A stretch of DNA of 64,000 nucleotides, taken from assembly GCA_965153285.1 (NCBI GenBank), contig OZ229112.1, one strand, 5' to 3'. The notes beneath the pieces are model-generated. The model searched no databases. It was not told the DNA's origin and saw nothing but the letters and a program-made list of their open reading frames with translations. Numbering within the stretch: the first letter of the stretch is position 1; every line of letters begins with the position of its first letter. Below are positions 28,701 to 43,219 of this stretch, piece by piece. Origin of the DNA: Podarcis tiliguerta. Its lineage: Eukaryota. Position numbers and translations under genes: made by a program.

Positions 28701-31700
28701 TAAAATAAAACTATTTAAGGTGGGCATTTGCTCTGGAAGTACACCTTGATGCTTCCTGCATCCTCCCCTCTGAAGCCAGGCAAACTTCCCCTGGTAAATC
28801 CAAGCCGCTACATCCCAGAATGACATCTTACCTGCTATTTTTTTAAAGCTGGGGTCTCGTTTCTTAATTTGACATGCCGACACAACATCTGCAGTTGTTC
28901 TTGGTTCTGTGCACTTCCCCGCTGTTAATCCATCACAGACTCTGAAGTAGTAGTCATATTCCTCAGTGCTCACTTTCACATCCTTCCCACGAAGCGGTGT
29001 CAGATCATACACATGACCATACCTTGGATCTTTTACTTGACAGTTCTCACCTTAAAAGAACACCAAACCCAGGGGAATGTTACTCGCATGCACACAAAGC
29101 CTTATTCCCAGGTCAACGCCTTGGTCCAAAGGTGGACCAGAGATAACATTTTCTGCAGATGAATTTGTGCATCTGTTCATTTCAGAACGTTGCAGTTATT
29201 TTCGGAAAGTTGTTTTGTATGAGAAAGGAGTCCATTTGCAAACTTTTGCAGAATCATTCCATAACAAAAGCTACATATGATTTTCTTATTTTCTACTCAA
29301 AATGCTTTGCAAGTTAAGATCAGCTGTGCCATGTATCTGGAATCTCAGTAGATAGATAATTTAAGGCCATCTGAATTGTCTTATTTCTTCTTGCATTCCA
29401 ATTATGTACTACTTTTTTGCCAAGAGTTTTACACACATTAGTTAAATAATTTTATTTAACTACAAATACTTACCCTCAACCCTGTGCACAGGACAAGCTG
29501 CTACTGTTCTCCAAAGAAACACAAACTCACAGTCGTCTTCATGTTGAAACACTGGTGATCCCTAAGTAAAAAGGAGTTTGTTGTCAGCTTTAGACATGAA
29601 GTGTAACCAGGACTCAAACTGATCCAAATTCCTTGTGGTGAGAAAACATGTGAATCTTAGATACTTGCTACTCACTGATCTGTTCAGGGTTATTTTATAT
29701 ACCTGTTATGCAGAAAATCAGCCTGGACAAAAGTATATTGCATAATTAAGCCTGAAGTGCCACTGAAGGGTCTTTTTCAAGCTGCTGGCACAACTTTAGG
29801 CAAGAACTCAACATGGCCCACACTTCAAGCATCACATATTGTTTGCCTACACAGAGGGATTTCCATGTAGAAAGTTGTAACCTGTTGTTGTTGTTGTTGC
29901 TGCTGCTGTTGTTGTTGTTGTTAACTGTTACAAGAATTTATATGCCACCTTTCATTTTAAGAAAAAATGCCAAGGTGGCTGGCACGAAATGAAAGTACTT
30001 GCTTCCATGTGGAAACAGCAGACTTTTGAACTTGGCACAAGGCACTGCAATATTGATGCAATCTTTTCAGTTGTACCACACAAAGCGGATTACACAGAAA
30101 TGTTTTAAGGAGAAATTACCACTAGATTGTAGAACAGCGGACATAAGCCATGAGAGAGAAGAATCCCTTTTGAAAGCAAAATCTGTCTTCTTCTCAGAGC
30201 AAGATGGTTCTTGAGCAGGTAGCAGTTGGGGGAGTGAAAGGCTGCCTTAGCTGGAATATGAGGAGCCAGATGATGGCACCACATGTACATGTGTCCCACA
30301 TACTCACAGCTTTCAGAGGGGTCTACCTGGGACTATGTTAATTCACCATAACGATTTGAAAGTTCAGAACGTCACAAAAAATGAGAGAGTTGTTGCTTGC
30401 TCAGGAAACTGGAGCACAAGAATGAATACTGCAACTCATTCGCAATACTGAGGTGTGCTTCTCAAGTAAATGTACATTCCATGTCAATATTATGAGGGTC
30501 CTTGAAGTCCACTATGTAAATAAGCTGCTATATGCTTTGCAAATAGAAGCAAGCTTGATTAGCTACTCTGGAGAGCTCAGCTGCTTCCTATCTCATAACA
30601 AAATAATGTTGCTAGTTCTAAGCATTTGAATTCTCTCCAGATGGGGGAAAAGAAAGAAGAGAACACAGTGGTACCTCAGGTTGCATACGCTTCATCTTAC
30701 AGACTCCGCTAACCCAGAAATAGTGCTTCAGGTTAAGAACTTTGCTTCAGGATGAGAACAAAAATCGTGCTCCGGTGGTGTGGCGGCAGCGGGAGGCCCC
30801 ATTATCTAAAGTGGTGCTTCAGGTTAAGAACAGTTTCAGGTTTAGAACAGACCTCCGGAACGAATAAAGCACTTAACCCGAGGTACCACTGTATGATCAA
30901 ATGTTAGTGGCAAGTTACAAGGGTCCCTATGCCACACCTTGTTTGTCAGGATGAGCAGCAATCACTTCAAAATGACCATCTGGGCAGCAAAGGATGCAGC
31001 TATGTGGCAGCTTTGCATGTGGTACTCACTCACTCACTCACTTGAAGAGCTACTGGTCCTTTCAGGCTGGAAGTGGGGGAAGGACCCTGGCAGTGCATGT
31101 AAACACACCTCCAGAGCTGCACAGGCACAATGGAAGGGGGAACTGCAGCTACGCAGGCAAGCCCTTCAATAAGCTTGCAAGGTTGCTAAAGGAAGTCAAG
31201 TTTTTTTACATCCAGACTATTCGGCATCAATAGACAGACCCAAAAAACTTACCATACTTTGATCACACTGGAAGATGATCCGCGTTGAGTACTGCCTGTT
31301 ACCTTTGCACGTGTCCCCACTTGAGTACACGATACTGAGGGACCCATCAGCGGCAGCCTGAGGACGCATGTGAATCATGCCAAGACTCTGACCTTTGTCC
31401 GCGTATTTCACACAAGATCCAATTATACCACCTGCAGCCAAAAGGAACACTTAAACATGTGCTTTTAAACTCCACTAAAAACTTGCATTGATCTCTTTTA
31501 AAAAAAGGGCAGAAGTAATTCATAGCAGTTTTCATTTTAAGAGTATTGAAGCCAGCAGTGCCTGGGCTGACCACCAGTTGCACTTGGGGATCCTGTGAGT
31601 GGAGCTCCACCCATGGGATGCTCCCATGAAGATCAGTAGAAGGGACTCTGCAACTGATTCTTTCCCCCTAAAGCCCCTGAAAAACAGTTTCAAAGAGTTC

Positions 31701-34700
31701 AGGCACAATCATTGTAGTGGGAGTCTCTACTGGATCAAAGTCCCTTCTGTGAATGGAAGCAGGTACTACTCAAAGAAGGTCAACTCTGGATATAACCCGG
31801 TGTAAGTCAATGAGTTACTGAAATGGGAATATTTTCCCTCAAAGTTATTAAAAACCATTACTTTGTAATCAATTTCTTTTCCGTAAAAATAAGTTGCCGT
31901 AAAAGCTCTATCTCTGCCTTTTTGTTAACAGCTTAAGGGTGCTTGTCCTGGCCATAAAGCTCACCAGCGTGGCATTTTCACATAAGATTCCTGAAACTAA
32001 AGGTCATTTCCAACTGTTCTTCCCTAGTAAAATATAAATTCAAAGTTAAATACAACACGAGCAGGAAAATAAGATAAATTGCATGCATCCTGCGTGCTTC
32101 CCCATAACATGCCACAGCACCCTACACGTAGCAGGGACTATCTCCCCATCTATCAAAAGGCTCAGAAACTGTTCACCTGGATTTCACCAACCCTCTCTCA
32201 GTGGCAAGTTAAAGTGCAAGGACTGCCTTTATTAGAGTTGGCTGGTGGATGTCTGAATAATTTGAATGTCAAGCTTCTCTAAGTATTCAAGTGTATCACC
32301 GAAGCTACCCAGAGGGGCTATGACAGCTCTGCTGCGCAGTATCAGGAAAAACTATCCAAAGAGGTGAAGCAGACAGAGACTGCCAGGAGTGAGGAAGTCA
32401 GAGAAGAAGAAGGGGAATTGAGGTGGTGGGATATAGCCTGTTGCACTGACAGCCCCTCAGTTCCCATAAACCAAGTCTAATGCTTACCAGGGCACCCTGG
32501 TATGGGGGGAAGGCGCTTGCAAACACTTAGAAAGAAAGTTCTTCCTTTTGCATCTTTTGATGTATCCAGGGCAACCCAAGGCTCACTTGCTCTGCTTAAG
32601 TCACTCAGGTCATACTCATTACCAGCTGAATCTGAAAAATAGTAATGCCAGAAACCACAAAATGCTTAATTAAGCTAAGTCTACAATATTCAGTTGACTC
32701 CAGTTTAAAGGATTACAGTAATCCAAGCCAGGCAGCCAAGATAGCAAAATGCTGTGTGATCATGTAAAAACCAAGAAGTAAAAAGCAAAGACAGGCTCAA
32801 CAGCTAAAATCACAATGAGGCACAGAGAAGGGGACTGACCAGAACCGAATGCCTTGACTTGTGGGAGTGGAAGAGCTTCTGCCAGCATAAAATCCAAAAT
32901 GGAGGGTAGAAGGCAGCTTACACAAGGCAGATAAAAAAGGAGAGGAGAAACAGAATACTCAACATCTCCAAAACATACTGAAAACCTGAACGCTCAACAT
33001 GTGTTGCCATAAACATTCTTCAAGGGCACTTACTGAGAAGAGATCCCCCCCAACTCTTTAAAGAGAAATGTTGGTTTAGTAGGGCGGAAACCCCCTTTTG
33101 GGCAAGTGCCCCTGAGGAAGGTTCGTATCAACACCTGTTAGGTACTCCATTTTGTATCAGAAAAATAGTTTCACTGCATTTTTTTATAGAGGTTGCCTCT
33201 TTATGTTTGCTGTGCTAGGGTAAAGCAACCATTGAGACAACTCAACGTCACAATCACTATGCTATTAAGCACAAAAACAAAACCTTTGGCTGGAGCAGCC
33301 AACGGATTTCATTTAGAGTGGAATGCCTTAACTTTCAGTGAGTTAATGGTAGTCAAACACTTCAGGTGTTCTAAGGCAAATGCTTTTCAAAGCAGCCCAG
33401 TTTTAAGCCAGGGAAAGGTAAAATCAGCTTTTGTGGGGGAAATACTAAATATGGTTTCTGTGGGCGAGTAGTATGTGGCAGGGGGAATACAGATTTCTCT
33501 ACGCTCTGTGTTCTTTAACAGTCTCCCATCCACCCAAAGTGCATCCTAAGGGGAAAGGAAACTATGAGCATGTTGGAAACAAGTCATAGCACTTGCTGGA
33601 GAGAAGAGGGAAGGAAACATGCCACCTGCAGGACATCTCTACCACTGAAGCAGATTCGAGTGACCTTTCCAATGAATTTCCCTACATTCATTTACTTACC
33701 AGTAACTTGACAATCAACTGGAGAAGGTGGGCAGGCTAAGGCCGTGTGAAACTCAAAGAAAGTATTATAAATTCTACGTGCAGAGTTAATCTCTTCATGC
33801 ACAAATCTGAGTTGTCCGGGGTAGGAGGATTGATTGCAGATAAAGGTCACAGTGAAAGTGTCATTGATTCCTAAGGAGCGGAAATAAAAACACCAAGAAG
33901 TATAAAGTAAACCCACATGAGTTATTTGACAAAAAAAGGTCAGAGCTCCAACTATCTGCCTTTTTCAGAATTTTGCGTCTACTGAAAATTCACCAGTTTG
34001 ACGGGAAGGCCGATGATGTTGCTGCACTTTGCTTGAATTCACAAAGGGATGTTTTCACTCTGTGACAAACCCAGCTGACAGGAACCAAAGAGAGAACCTT
34101 CCCACTTAACACCTCCTAAACCGATTTTCCTGAACTAAAGAAGATGTCAAGCATTGCCTTTAGGCTGTGTATTCAATTTAGTAAGCCCAAGGGTCCTATT
34201 TGACTGGGTGCTTGCTTTGCCCTCGTCAGAGCCCTCCTGCAAACACATCACTAAACGGGAAGCCTGAACACGGCTTGGTCTCCATTGCTCAAGGGAATGT
34301 TGCCTATTCCTCAGCCTCAGTGGGCCCCTTCCATCTCCCTGTGTGAAATGCGAAGATGCTGGTGGGACAGTGAACACATATGCTGTGTCAAAGATTTGCT
34401 GTAAAATTGCTACCCTTGGTTTTATGCAGCTTCTGATCTTACTCCATTATCTTGATTCCTTTAAGAAACTATCTTTGATGAGAATCCTGGCATTGATGAT
34501 AGAGCTGATTTGAACACAGGCTCACCCAATGTCTAGCTGCTTTGCCTAAATTACTGCTTGAAGTGAGAGGTCTAGCTCTACCATCTTAAAGGTATCATAC
34601 ATCAGGAAATCTACATGCCCTGATTTAGGAAACCCAATTGAGTAGCCACAGCTCTACCTGGGCTTGTGTTGCATGAAGGACCTCTCTCAGCTGCCCCTAC

Positions 34701-37700
34701 TTGCAAGGAGGGTGGAAGCAAGTGGCTCTTTGTAACAGATAGCAAGGCAACTTTACCTGTGTATTTAAGAGACAGTTCTCCTTCGGTAGACAGCTGAAGA
34801 GTTTTGTTCAGTTTCACCAAACGAATGTGTTTCAGATCTTCTGTTTCACATCCACCAATTGAGTCATCAGCTGGCTGGCTACTGTTAACTGCACATTCCT
34901 CTGCTGGTCCACAAATGTTTAGCTAAGAGATTCAACATATAATATAATATCTGAGATGCCATAGAATTACTAACTTGCAGCAAAAAACAAAAGGCGTGAA
35001 CTCAAAGGACATGAAGTATTGTGTTTGGAAAAGAAAAGAAAAGAAACATTACCATGTAGGACTTCCCAATTCCAATGGCTATGTATTTTTTTTCTGAAGC
35101 CAACGGTTCCAGGTTAAACACAAAGTCACTGTTGGGATCTTTTACAGTGCAGCTCTGTAGAAAACAAAACCATTTATCAAGAGGAGAGAAAAAGATATGA
35201 TAGACCAATGGGTATCAAGCAAAAGATCAGAACTTAGTTCGAGGACGATTATGGTGCCCACATATACCAATTCCTTTTACAGCTCTATCATCAGAAACAG
35301 CGCACTGTTAAGTCACACCCAGCTAACCTTCCATTTAATTGTACAGTTGTACCTTGGTTCTTGAACGGAATCCATTCCGGAAGTCCGTTCTGACTTCTGA
35401 AAATGTTCAAAAACCAAGGCACAACTTCTGATTGGCTGCAGGAGCTTCTTTTTTTTTTAATAATAATTTTATTAAGTACAAATTAAAAAAACATACATAT
35501 TCACAGCAAAAGAAAATACAAAAGAAAGAGAAGAAGAAGAAGAAGAGTTTGGATTTGATATCCCGCCTTTCACTCCCCTTCAGGAGTCTCAAAGCAGCTA
35601 ACATTCTCCTTTCCCTTCCTCCCCCACAACAAACACTCTGTGTGGTGAGTGGGGCTGAGAGACTTCACTGAAGTGTGACTGGCCCAAGGTCACCCAGCAG
35701 CTGCATGTGGAGGAGTGGAGACGCGAACCCGGTTCCCCAGATTACGAGACTACCGCTCTTAACCACTACACCACACTGGCTATACATCTAACCAAGGAAA
35801 AACAATTAGAGAAAGTTTTGTCTCTTTTCATATTTACAGTTATTTATACCTTTATAAAATGCTGTTTACAATAAAGCAGTGAAATGAAAGATAAGATATC
35901 GAGGGAAAAGAAAAAAAGAACAAAGAAAGAATAAAGAAGTTGGGAGCTTCTTGCACTCAACTGGAAGCCGCAGAAGCTGCGTCGGAAGTTTGGCTTCCAA
36001 AAAACGTTCGCAAACCAGAACACTCGCTTCTGGGTTTGCGGCGTTAGGGTGCCAAAACACAAGGTGTTTGAGAACCAAGGTACGACTGTACTTTCTATGT
36101 CTCACACTTCTCACTACAACCATGGGAGGTCAAATAAAAGCTACCCAACGATGCTTAAGAACTGGGTTTAACAGTTTTGCTTCCAATTAAACCTGCATTT
36201 CTTTAGGGACACTTAGAAGCTAGTATCCTGCATTTCTCCCAAGGATGCTGTGTGAAATAGAAGAAGGGAGAGCCCCTGTTAAGACCCTTTGCAAGTAGGC
36301 TTTGAGTCGATCAGAAATTTGCTTATCGTAGATCTCAAGCAGCCTCTGCTTCACCTTTCCCCAGTTGAAGGCCTCCTCCCTGGTGGGCTGAGGGTAATGG
36401 CAAGGTGAAGGGAGGTGGGTACCTTTTTGTAAGAACTTGAGCCAGTGCTCACAAAGACCTTTGAGCTTTTTCAAGTGCTTGACTCAAGGGCTTACAAGAA
36501 TGCAATAGTTCTTAGGTTAAGCTTTGGGGTGCTCATGCATCTTTGCCTCAAGCAGACATGAACAGCACTGGGTTGTAAAGATGCCTGCTTACCTATTCAT
36601 ATGGCACATGGGTAAAACCCCCACAAATGTCCACCATGTGTTTTCTGCCACTCACCTGAGCATCCCCTGCTGCAGTTGTGACTGGACAAGCAGCTTCTGT
36701 TTCCCACAGGAAAACTGCAACACATTCTTTCATCTCAATGAACCTTGGGCTACTACTCTGAAAATACAAGTTGTCAGAAAGTTATGGCAAGGAATGCATA
36801 CAAGCAGCCTGGCTTCAAGAGCACCATAGGGATACATTCCAAGTGTGCTGCAAATTTTTGGTCCAATAATTTGGGCGGGTCGGATTTCAGGTTCTTTGCT
36901 TGTAAAGCAAATGTGATCATTTTATTGCAAAGCATTAGAAATTTTCCCAAGAATAATTTATCCTTTCCCCCATCCAACATACACCAAGAAAAAAAAAAGT
37001 GGTAATCAGCAAGTCACAGCCTAACACAAGGATAGCAATTTCCGGGGGGGGGGGGGGGGGATGAAACAGATTCTTTATCAGTTGCACTGGGCAGCCTTTA
37101 AAATCATGCTTCAACTGCCTGCATAGATGAGTGGCTTTTACGCCATTTTGAAACAGCTAAGCAATTGGGCACTAGTAAGATCATTCTGCATTTCATAACA
37201 AAGGATATTCAAGGGAGACTTGAGTATTTATCCACAAATGCTCTGTGCTCTTACATAATGGTGGTCTAATCAGATAACATTATGACACCACACTGAGAGG
37301 AGAAGCAAGCTAGCTGGAAACTTACGAGAGTGGCCTTGGAGCAGACAAGATGGACGAGGCTTGTGAAAGGCTCACTCTTACCCTCCGCCGTGATGCACAA
37401 AGAGCCACCGGTATAATTTAGGAGGATTTTGCCAGGGCCTTCAACCACAGGTTCTTGTTGGGCAATCCCCACATTACTGATGGAAACCTCAAGCGAACCA
37501 CTCTGAAATTAGAAAAAAGAACATCATTCTGAAGCAAAATAATTATATGATGAATTCGGGAACATATGCAGTCATGCTATGAAGAGCGCCTGCTGGACTG
37601 ACAAGAGAAATCCAAAATCTAACTAGGCAGTGGCAGGAGTGGTGGTGCGGTATGGCCACCATTATATCCACAGCCCATGCTGGCTAGGGTGGAATCTGGG

Positions 37701-40700
37701 CGGAAGCAAAAGCCTGCTCCTTTCTACCCCAAACCTGGAATTGAAACAGCAATTGGGCCTGACTCAGATCCAATGCTGTCAAGTGAAGGCTGTAGGGCAA
37801 GCTCAGGATCTCCCTGCTCAACCCTGTTTATGGGCTATGTGCAGGCTCCTGCTGGTGGGAAGCCAACAGGCTACAATTCAACCCAGCTGCACTTATGCAG
37901 TCAGAACTAGGAGCCCCGTGCTGTCCTGGACTGGGTGAGGGGAGACCTCTGCCCCATTCAATCCTCTCTCACCAGCACAGCAGATGGGGGCTTCGACTGC
38001 ATAAATTAGATACAAAAGGGAAGCGCAGAAGGCAGGCCAAATAAAAGAGTGAAGAGGAACTCTACTGATACAATGCTCACCTTGCTGTACGTCATTTCAC
38101 AGACAGATGCCCGCCTGTCACAGCCTGAGATGGGGTTCAAAGGTCGGCAGACATTTATGTAGTATATTTTGCGTGGACCCTGCTCAGAATTGTCCACTGC
38201 CTGCCAATTATCCCTGTCTGCAGACAAGGATAAACTGGAAAATGTGCAAAACAAAAATATTGAGTTTGGATACATCAATTTGTATTTTAACTTATTTTTA
38301 ACAAGTTATTATCAATGACGCAGAATTTCTTCATTCATCTCATTGCAACGATATGCTAAAAAGTAACTGAATTATACTGATCAGTTTTAGAGCACAAAAT
38401 GAGGAAAGCAAGAATATATATATACACACACACACACACATATTCAGGAATACCAATTACTTTATAACAATAACTACAAATGGACAATCTTTGTGAGTAA
38501 TATGTCCACTCCCTCTTTCCTTCTTTATGATCCATTTGTTCGAAAATTTTGCAACACAGCAGCAACATTGCTGATCTTATCCGTGACAATGTTAAGTATG
38601 AAATGTACGTTTTGTGCTTTGGTCAGGAAGAACTTGCCAGCTGAGCATTTCCACCCCGACTTTACATTCACCAAATTTTGTTTTGCTTACCGTGAAAGAT
38701 CATATTGCTTCATGGTTTGTGGATCTGTGACAACACATTCTGTGGGTATTTCTGGGCAGGCATATTGAGTATACCACCTAAAGTTGTAAGTGAAGTTGTC
38801 TTCTGCCTAGATTACCATAATCATATATACACAAAACAAAGAAGTTAAAACTGCAAAAGGTAACAATAGAGCTCTTTCTTATGCTGAATCTGCCATTTTT
38901 AATTTCAAAGTGGTATGATTCTGCTGTCACACATGGAAGCTTAACTTTTACTGTCAGAAAGTCCACTCAAATCTATGCTGATATATCCAAATGTACAACA
39001 TCAGCTGGCAACGTTCTCTAACACACACTTTTCATACCTGCCCCTGTGTATAGAGCTCCTTCTCACTACAGGGATGCAAGCCCTCTGCACAAGACCACTG
39101 AAATGACTGCTTTACTGGAAAACTTTTAATGCAGAGCTGTGCAAGTACCCTTAAGGCTAAAATCTATTATGGAAGTCTCCAAGAACTATCTGTAGATATT
39201 AAGCAATCCTCTTGCTGCTACTAATCATCCCATAAAGGAAGATCTAAAAAAGCAGTGTGTGTCATACCTCTGAACTGGCTTTCCCTCTCCCCTTAGGAGA
39301 GTTTAACTTCTCATTATGTTAAACTATTGGGGACTTAACTAAGGATGTGATGCACAAGAATTATCCATAACTGGCACTCACTTGATATTCAGGTAAACCT
39401 GCGCCTGCACCACGATCACACAGGAAGGTAATATGGGTAGACCGTTGCATGTGCTTCTCGTTGTTGTACGGTGTGCCATTTCGATAGTTCAACTGAATCA
39501 TTCCATCATAATAGGAGAGCTCAGAACTGGGCAACCCCAGACTCCATGTGTCCTTACCACTAAAAATATACATTAACAGAACTTCATATAGGTTTCCTTT
39601 AGGGATGCAAATACCCAAGTACCAATGCGTTTGAATTGCAAAAGCTAATATAATGCCCTAAAGGATACATGCAGTGTCTGACAGTCCAACCTTACGGCTC
39701 ATCTTTGGCCCACTGTATGAAGGCAGGAATGCCTGCTGCTATTTGCACCAGTGCTCTCTACTCAAAGCCAATTTACTGTTTGCATACTGGACCATTGCCT
39801 ACATTCTTCATGACGGTACTGGAGACTCCAACTGGCTATGCAACAGCAGTTCATTGGACTGGGTTCTTGGAACCATTTCCCACCTAACATAAAACCCACC
39901 AGCAAAAACCAACCATTCTGGTTGACACAGGTACAACTTAAGGCATGCTATCGTCTATACAAATAGTACCTAGATGATGTGCATACCATTGAGATTATAC
40001 GTTTGAAGGGAAGTGCTAACTTATGCACATTCTAAGGTAAAATATTATCTATAGCTATACTCCAGTTGATCAGACTTAAAATATGATAACCCGGTTCCAG
40101 AATGTGAATCAAGTAAATCTGTGTGCCCAATAAAGCTTTTATACTTGTATTCCTTCCATAGAAGTATCCCCATCCAAACACCATCCTGCGGCGTTTGTCC
40201 ACAGCCAGCTTTCCGGGTCCTGGGGCCAGCATGACTAAACTGCTTCTGGCGCAAAGAAACACCAGAGTACATAGAAACGTCGTTTATCTTCCAGCCGCAG
40301 CGGTACCTATGTATCTACTTGCACTGGTGTGCTTTCGAACTGCTAGGTTGGCAGCAGCTGGGACAGAGCAATGGGAGCTCACCCCATCGCGGGGATTCAG
40401 ACTGCTGACCTTCTGATCAGCAAGCCCAAGAGCCTCAGTGGTTTAGACCACAGTGCCACCTGTGTTCCTCAGTACACACATAGAGCAGGAGAAGGCATAA
40501 ACAACACTTACTTTTTCTTCACTTGACATGCCGCAGACTGTGACGCACACAACTGGTTTGACACGTTGCCACAAATACTGATGTAGAAAGTATAGTCACT
40601 TGTGTTTGCCGAGTAAGTGTGATGCATCAAAGGTGATAAGTCAAAAGAGAACCCTAAGCAGAAATGAATGAAAATCATTTGTTCACCACAAAAGTTTTAA

Positions 40701-43177
40701 AGACTGAGAGGTAAGATGGGCAAACATGATTTAATAGACTCCATGTGCTACCTTATAACAGTTGCCCATAAATGATTCTAACACTCAAGTTTCACAAAGT
40801 ATACACCCCGCACCCCCACAACACTTATGGCAGTATGCATGCTTAAGGACACAAAACACCATGTTTTCAATTTTCATTGCACTAGTGCAGTTGGATTTAA
40901 GAAAATACCAATATAATGTTGCATTTTCAAGATTCTGTCACTGGATATGCACCAGCAACTTGTCATATACCTTCTGTTCTAGAAAACAAAATGTACTAAT
41001 TTTTAAGGGATAAATTATGTTTAATACATAAGATACAACAGCATTTGATTGTTTTACTTAAACTTTATGCTACATTTGACTTAACTCTTTCAAGGCAGCT
41101 TACAATAAAAACACAGAAACAGAACAAAAATTCTCATGAGTAGGATTCTGGGAGTTCAGCAATAGAGGCAGCCCATCGTAAAATATAAATCTAGGCCAGC
41201 AACAAAAACAGACTAAGTTTTTTGTATGGAAAAAAACCCACACCAAAACTTCTGGCAAAAGCCAGTATTAAATCCTTTCCAGAAGGCCTCTGGCAGAGCA
41301 CGACAGGCAATGAATTCTGAAGTTGTAGGATTCAGATTTGTTTTGTTTTTTTAAGAGATGGAAACAGCTCTATTCCTGCTACTTTGAGACACGTGATGCT
41401 AGATGAAAAGAGGGAGTTGAACTAGAAGCTGGAAATTGTGACACAGACTGAAATCCCATGCCCCAGTTGCCGCTTTACCATTTTCAACAGGTTACTCACC
41501 TGCTTGAGAGTCGGAGACTCTGCACTGGTCACCTTTTGTTTGAGACAGGACACAGGCAGCAGCAGTGTGCCATTCGAACTCATACAGGCACCCGTCGTAC
41601 CCAGAACTAATCAAAACAGGAGCACTTTCCAGGTCACCTGGGAAGATACAGATAATTATTAAACTGAACCACCAAATACACACTTCATTTTTCAAGAGGC
41701 CAGTACTTGATCAGATACACAGATTAGTTACTGAAGCAAGCCAGAAGAGTCATTTTTGCATGTCCTTACACCCCCTCCCCAATTTAAAAAAGGGTGCAGG
41801 TACCATGGGGGATCTGCATGTATAGCAGGCACAGGGAACCTCAGGCCAGAAGGCTAAATGTACCCCTCCAGGTCCCCCTCCTGCCCCTTGAGACTCTTCC
41901 CCCTAACCACACCCCAGCCCAACATCCCTCACTGGTCTTCCCCCATACCCGCCTTTAGTGTTTTTGCCCTGCTGGAACGTGTGCCTGAACAGGAAGAGAG
42001 AGTGTGGTGAGTGAGAGAGAGAGAGAGAGAGAGTGTGTGTGTGTGTGTGTGTGTAGAAACTAGCCTACCATACAAAGGTAAATTTTACATTTGTTGTTTT
42101 GGCCACTTTTGCCTCTGGCCCCATTCACCACTGGCATGCTGCCTCCAAATGTTGCCCAGCAAGAAAAATGTGACCCTCAGGCTGAAAATGTAGCCTGTCC
42201 CTGACTTATGGACCTTACCACCACTGCCTTCATGCGGGTTAGCGGCTTGAGACTGCATCCCCAGACCTTGGCTTTAATAAAAGCCAGAGTACTCACCTGG
42301 CTTGCATATGAGGAGTATCTTTGTTTCAATTGTCTTTTTTGGTCGACACTCATCGCCACCCGAATAGTAAAGCTGGATATTCTCTCCAACTTTTGTGGGA
42401 GCAGACATAAACGTCCCTAGGTTTTTTGTGCTGTTGTCTTCACCTAAAAAGAGCCACACACCAAACAAGAAATACAGATACTTGTTTTAGCGAGCAATCC
42501 AATGTATGTCCTTTGAAGGAATTACTATTTTATACAGCATTGTATTCAACTGTTGAATGTGGTTCTTTTAACGTGGGGAGCTCATACATGGATGTTACTC
42601 ACCAACTGAGCAAACAGATGCCTCTTCTGAACAGTTCACTGCCCCTCCTTTCTGAAGTACTTGGTGACAGACGTTTATGAAAAAACGTTTCTTTTCTGTT
42701 TCCACAGGGTTACCGTCTACAGCTTCCCAATTCTGCTCTAACTCTAAAATTAAGAAATTGCATTTTAGATGAACATTCCTCTAAAAACCATATTATGTGT
42801 AGTGTTAAAATTACAGATCATTCCCCATCCCCTATCCAACCAACGAATGGCCATGTAGAAACTCAACTGCAGGTCAAACCACATATTACTTCTAATATGT
42901 AGAGTTAGAAACCACATTGGGTTTTTAATTTATTTACTTCGTAGCAAGCACAGCCTCCTGCATTTTCATCAGGGGGCTGAAGCATGCAGGGAGGAAGGGT
43001 TCCCAGAATGCAGTCCCAATTAAAATCTCTCTCCACACACACACACACACAGCGATTAGCCTTAAGGGAAGGTTGCCATTGGCACCGATGCAGGTCTTTT
43101 TTCCTAAAGGCCAGCTGCTGCATTCTAATTTTCATCAGAACTTTGACTGGGAAAGAAAGGGTTAAGCCCCTCCCACT

Positions 43178-43219
<42 letters not shown>

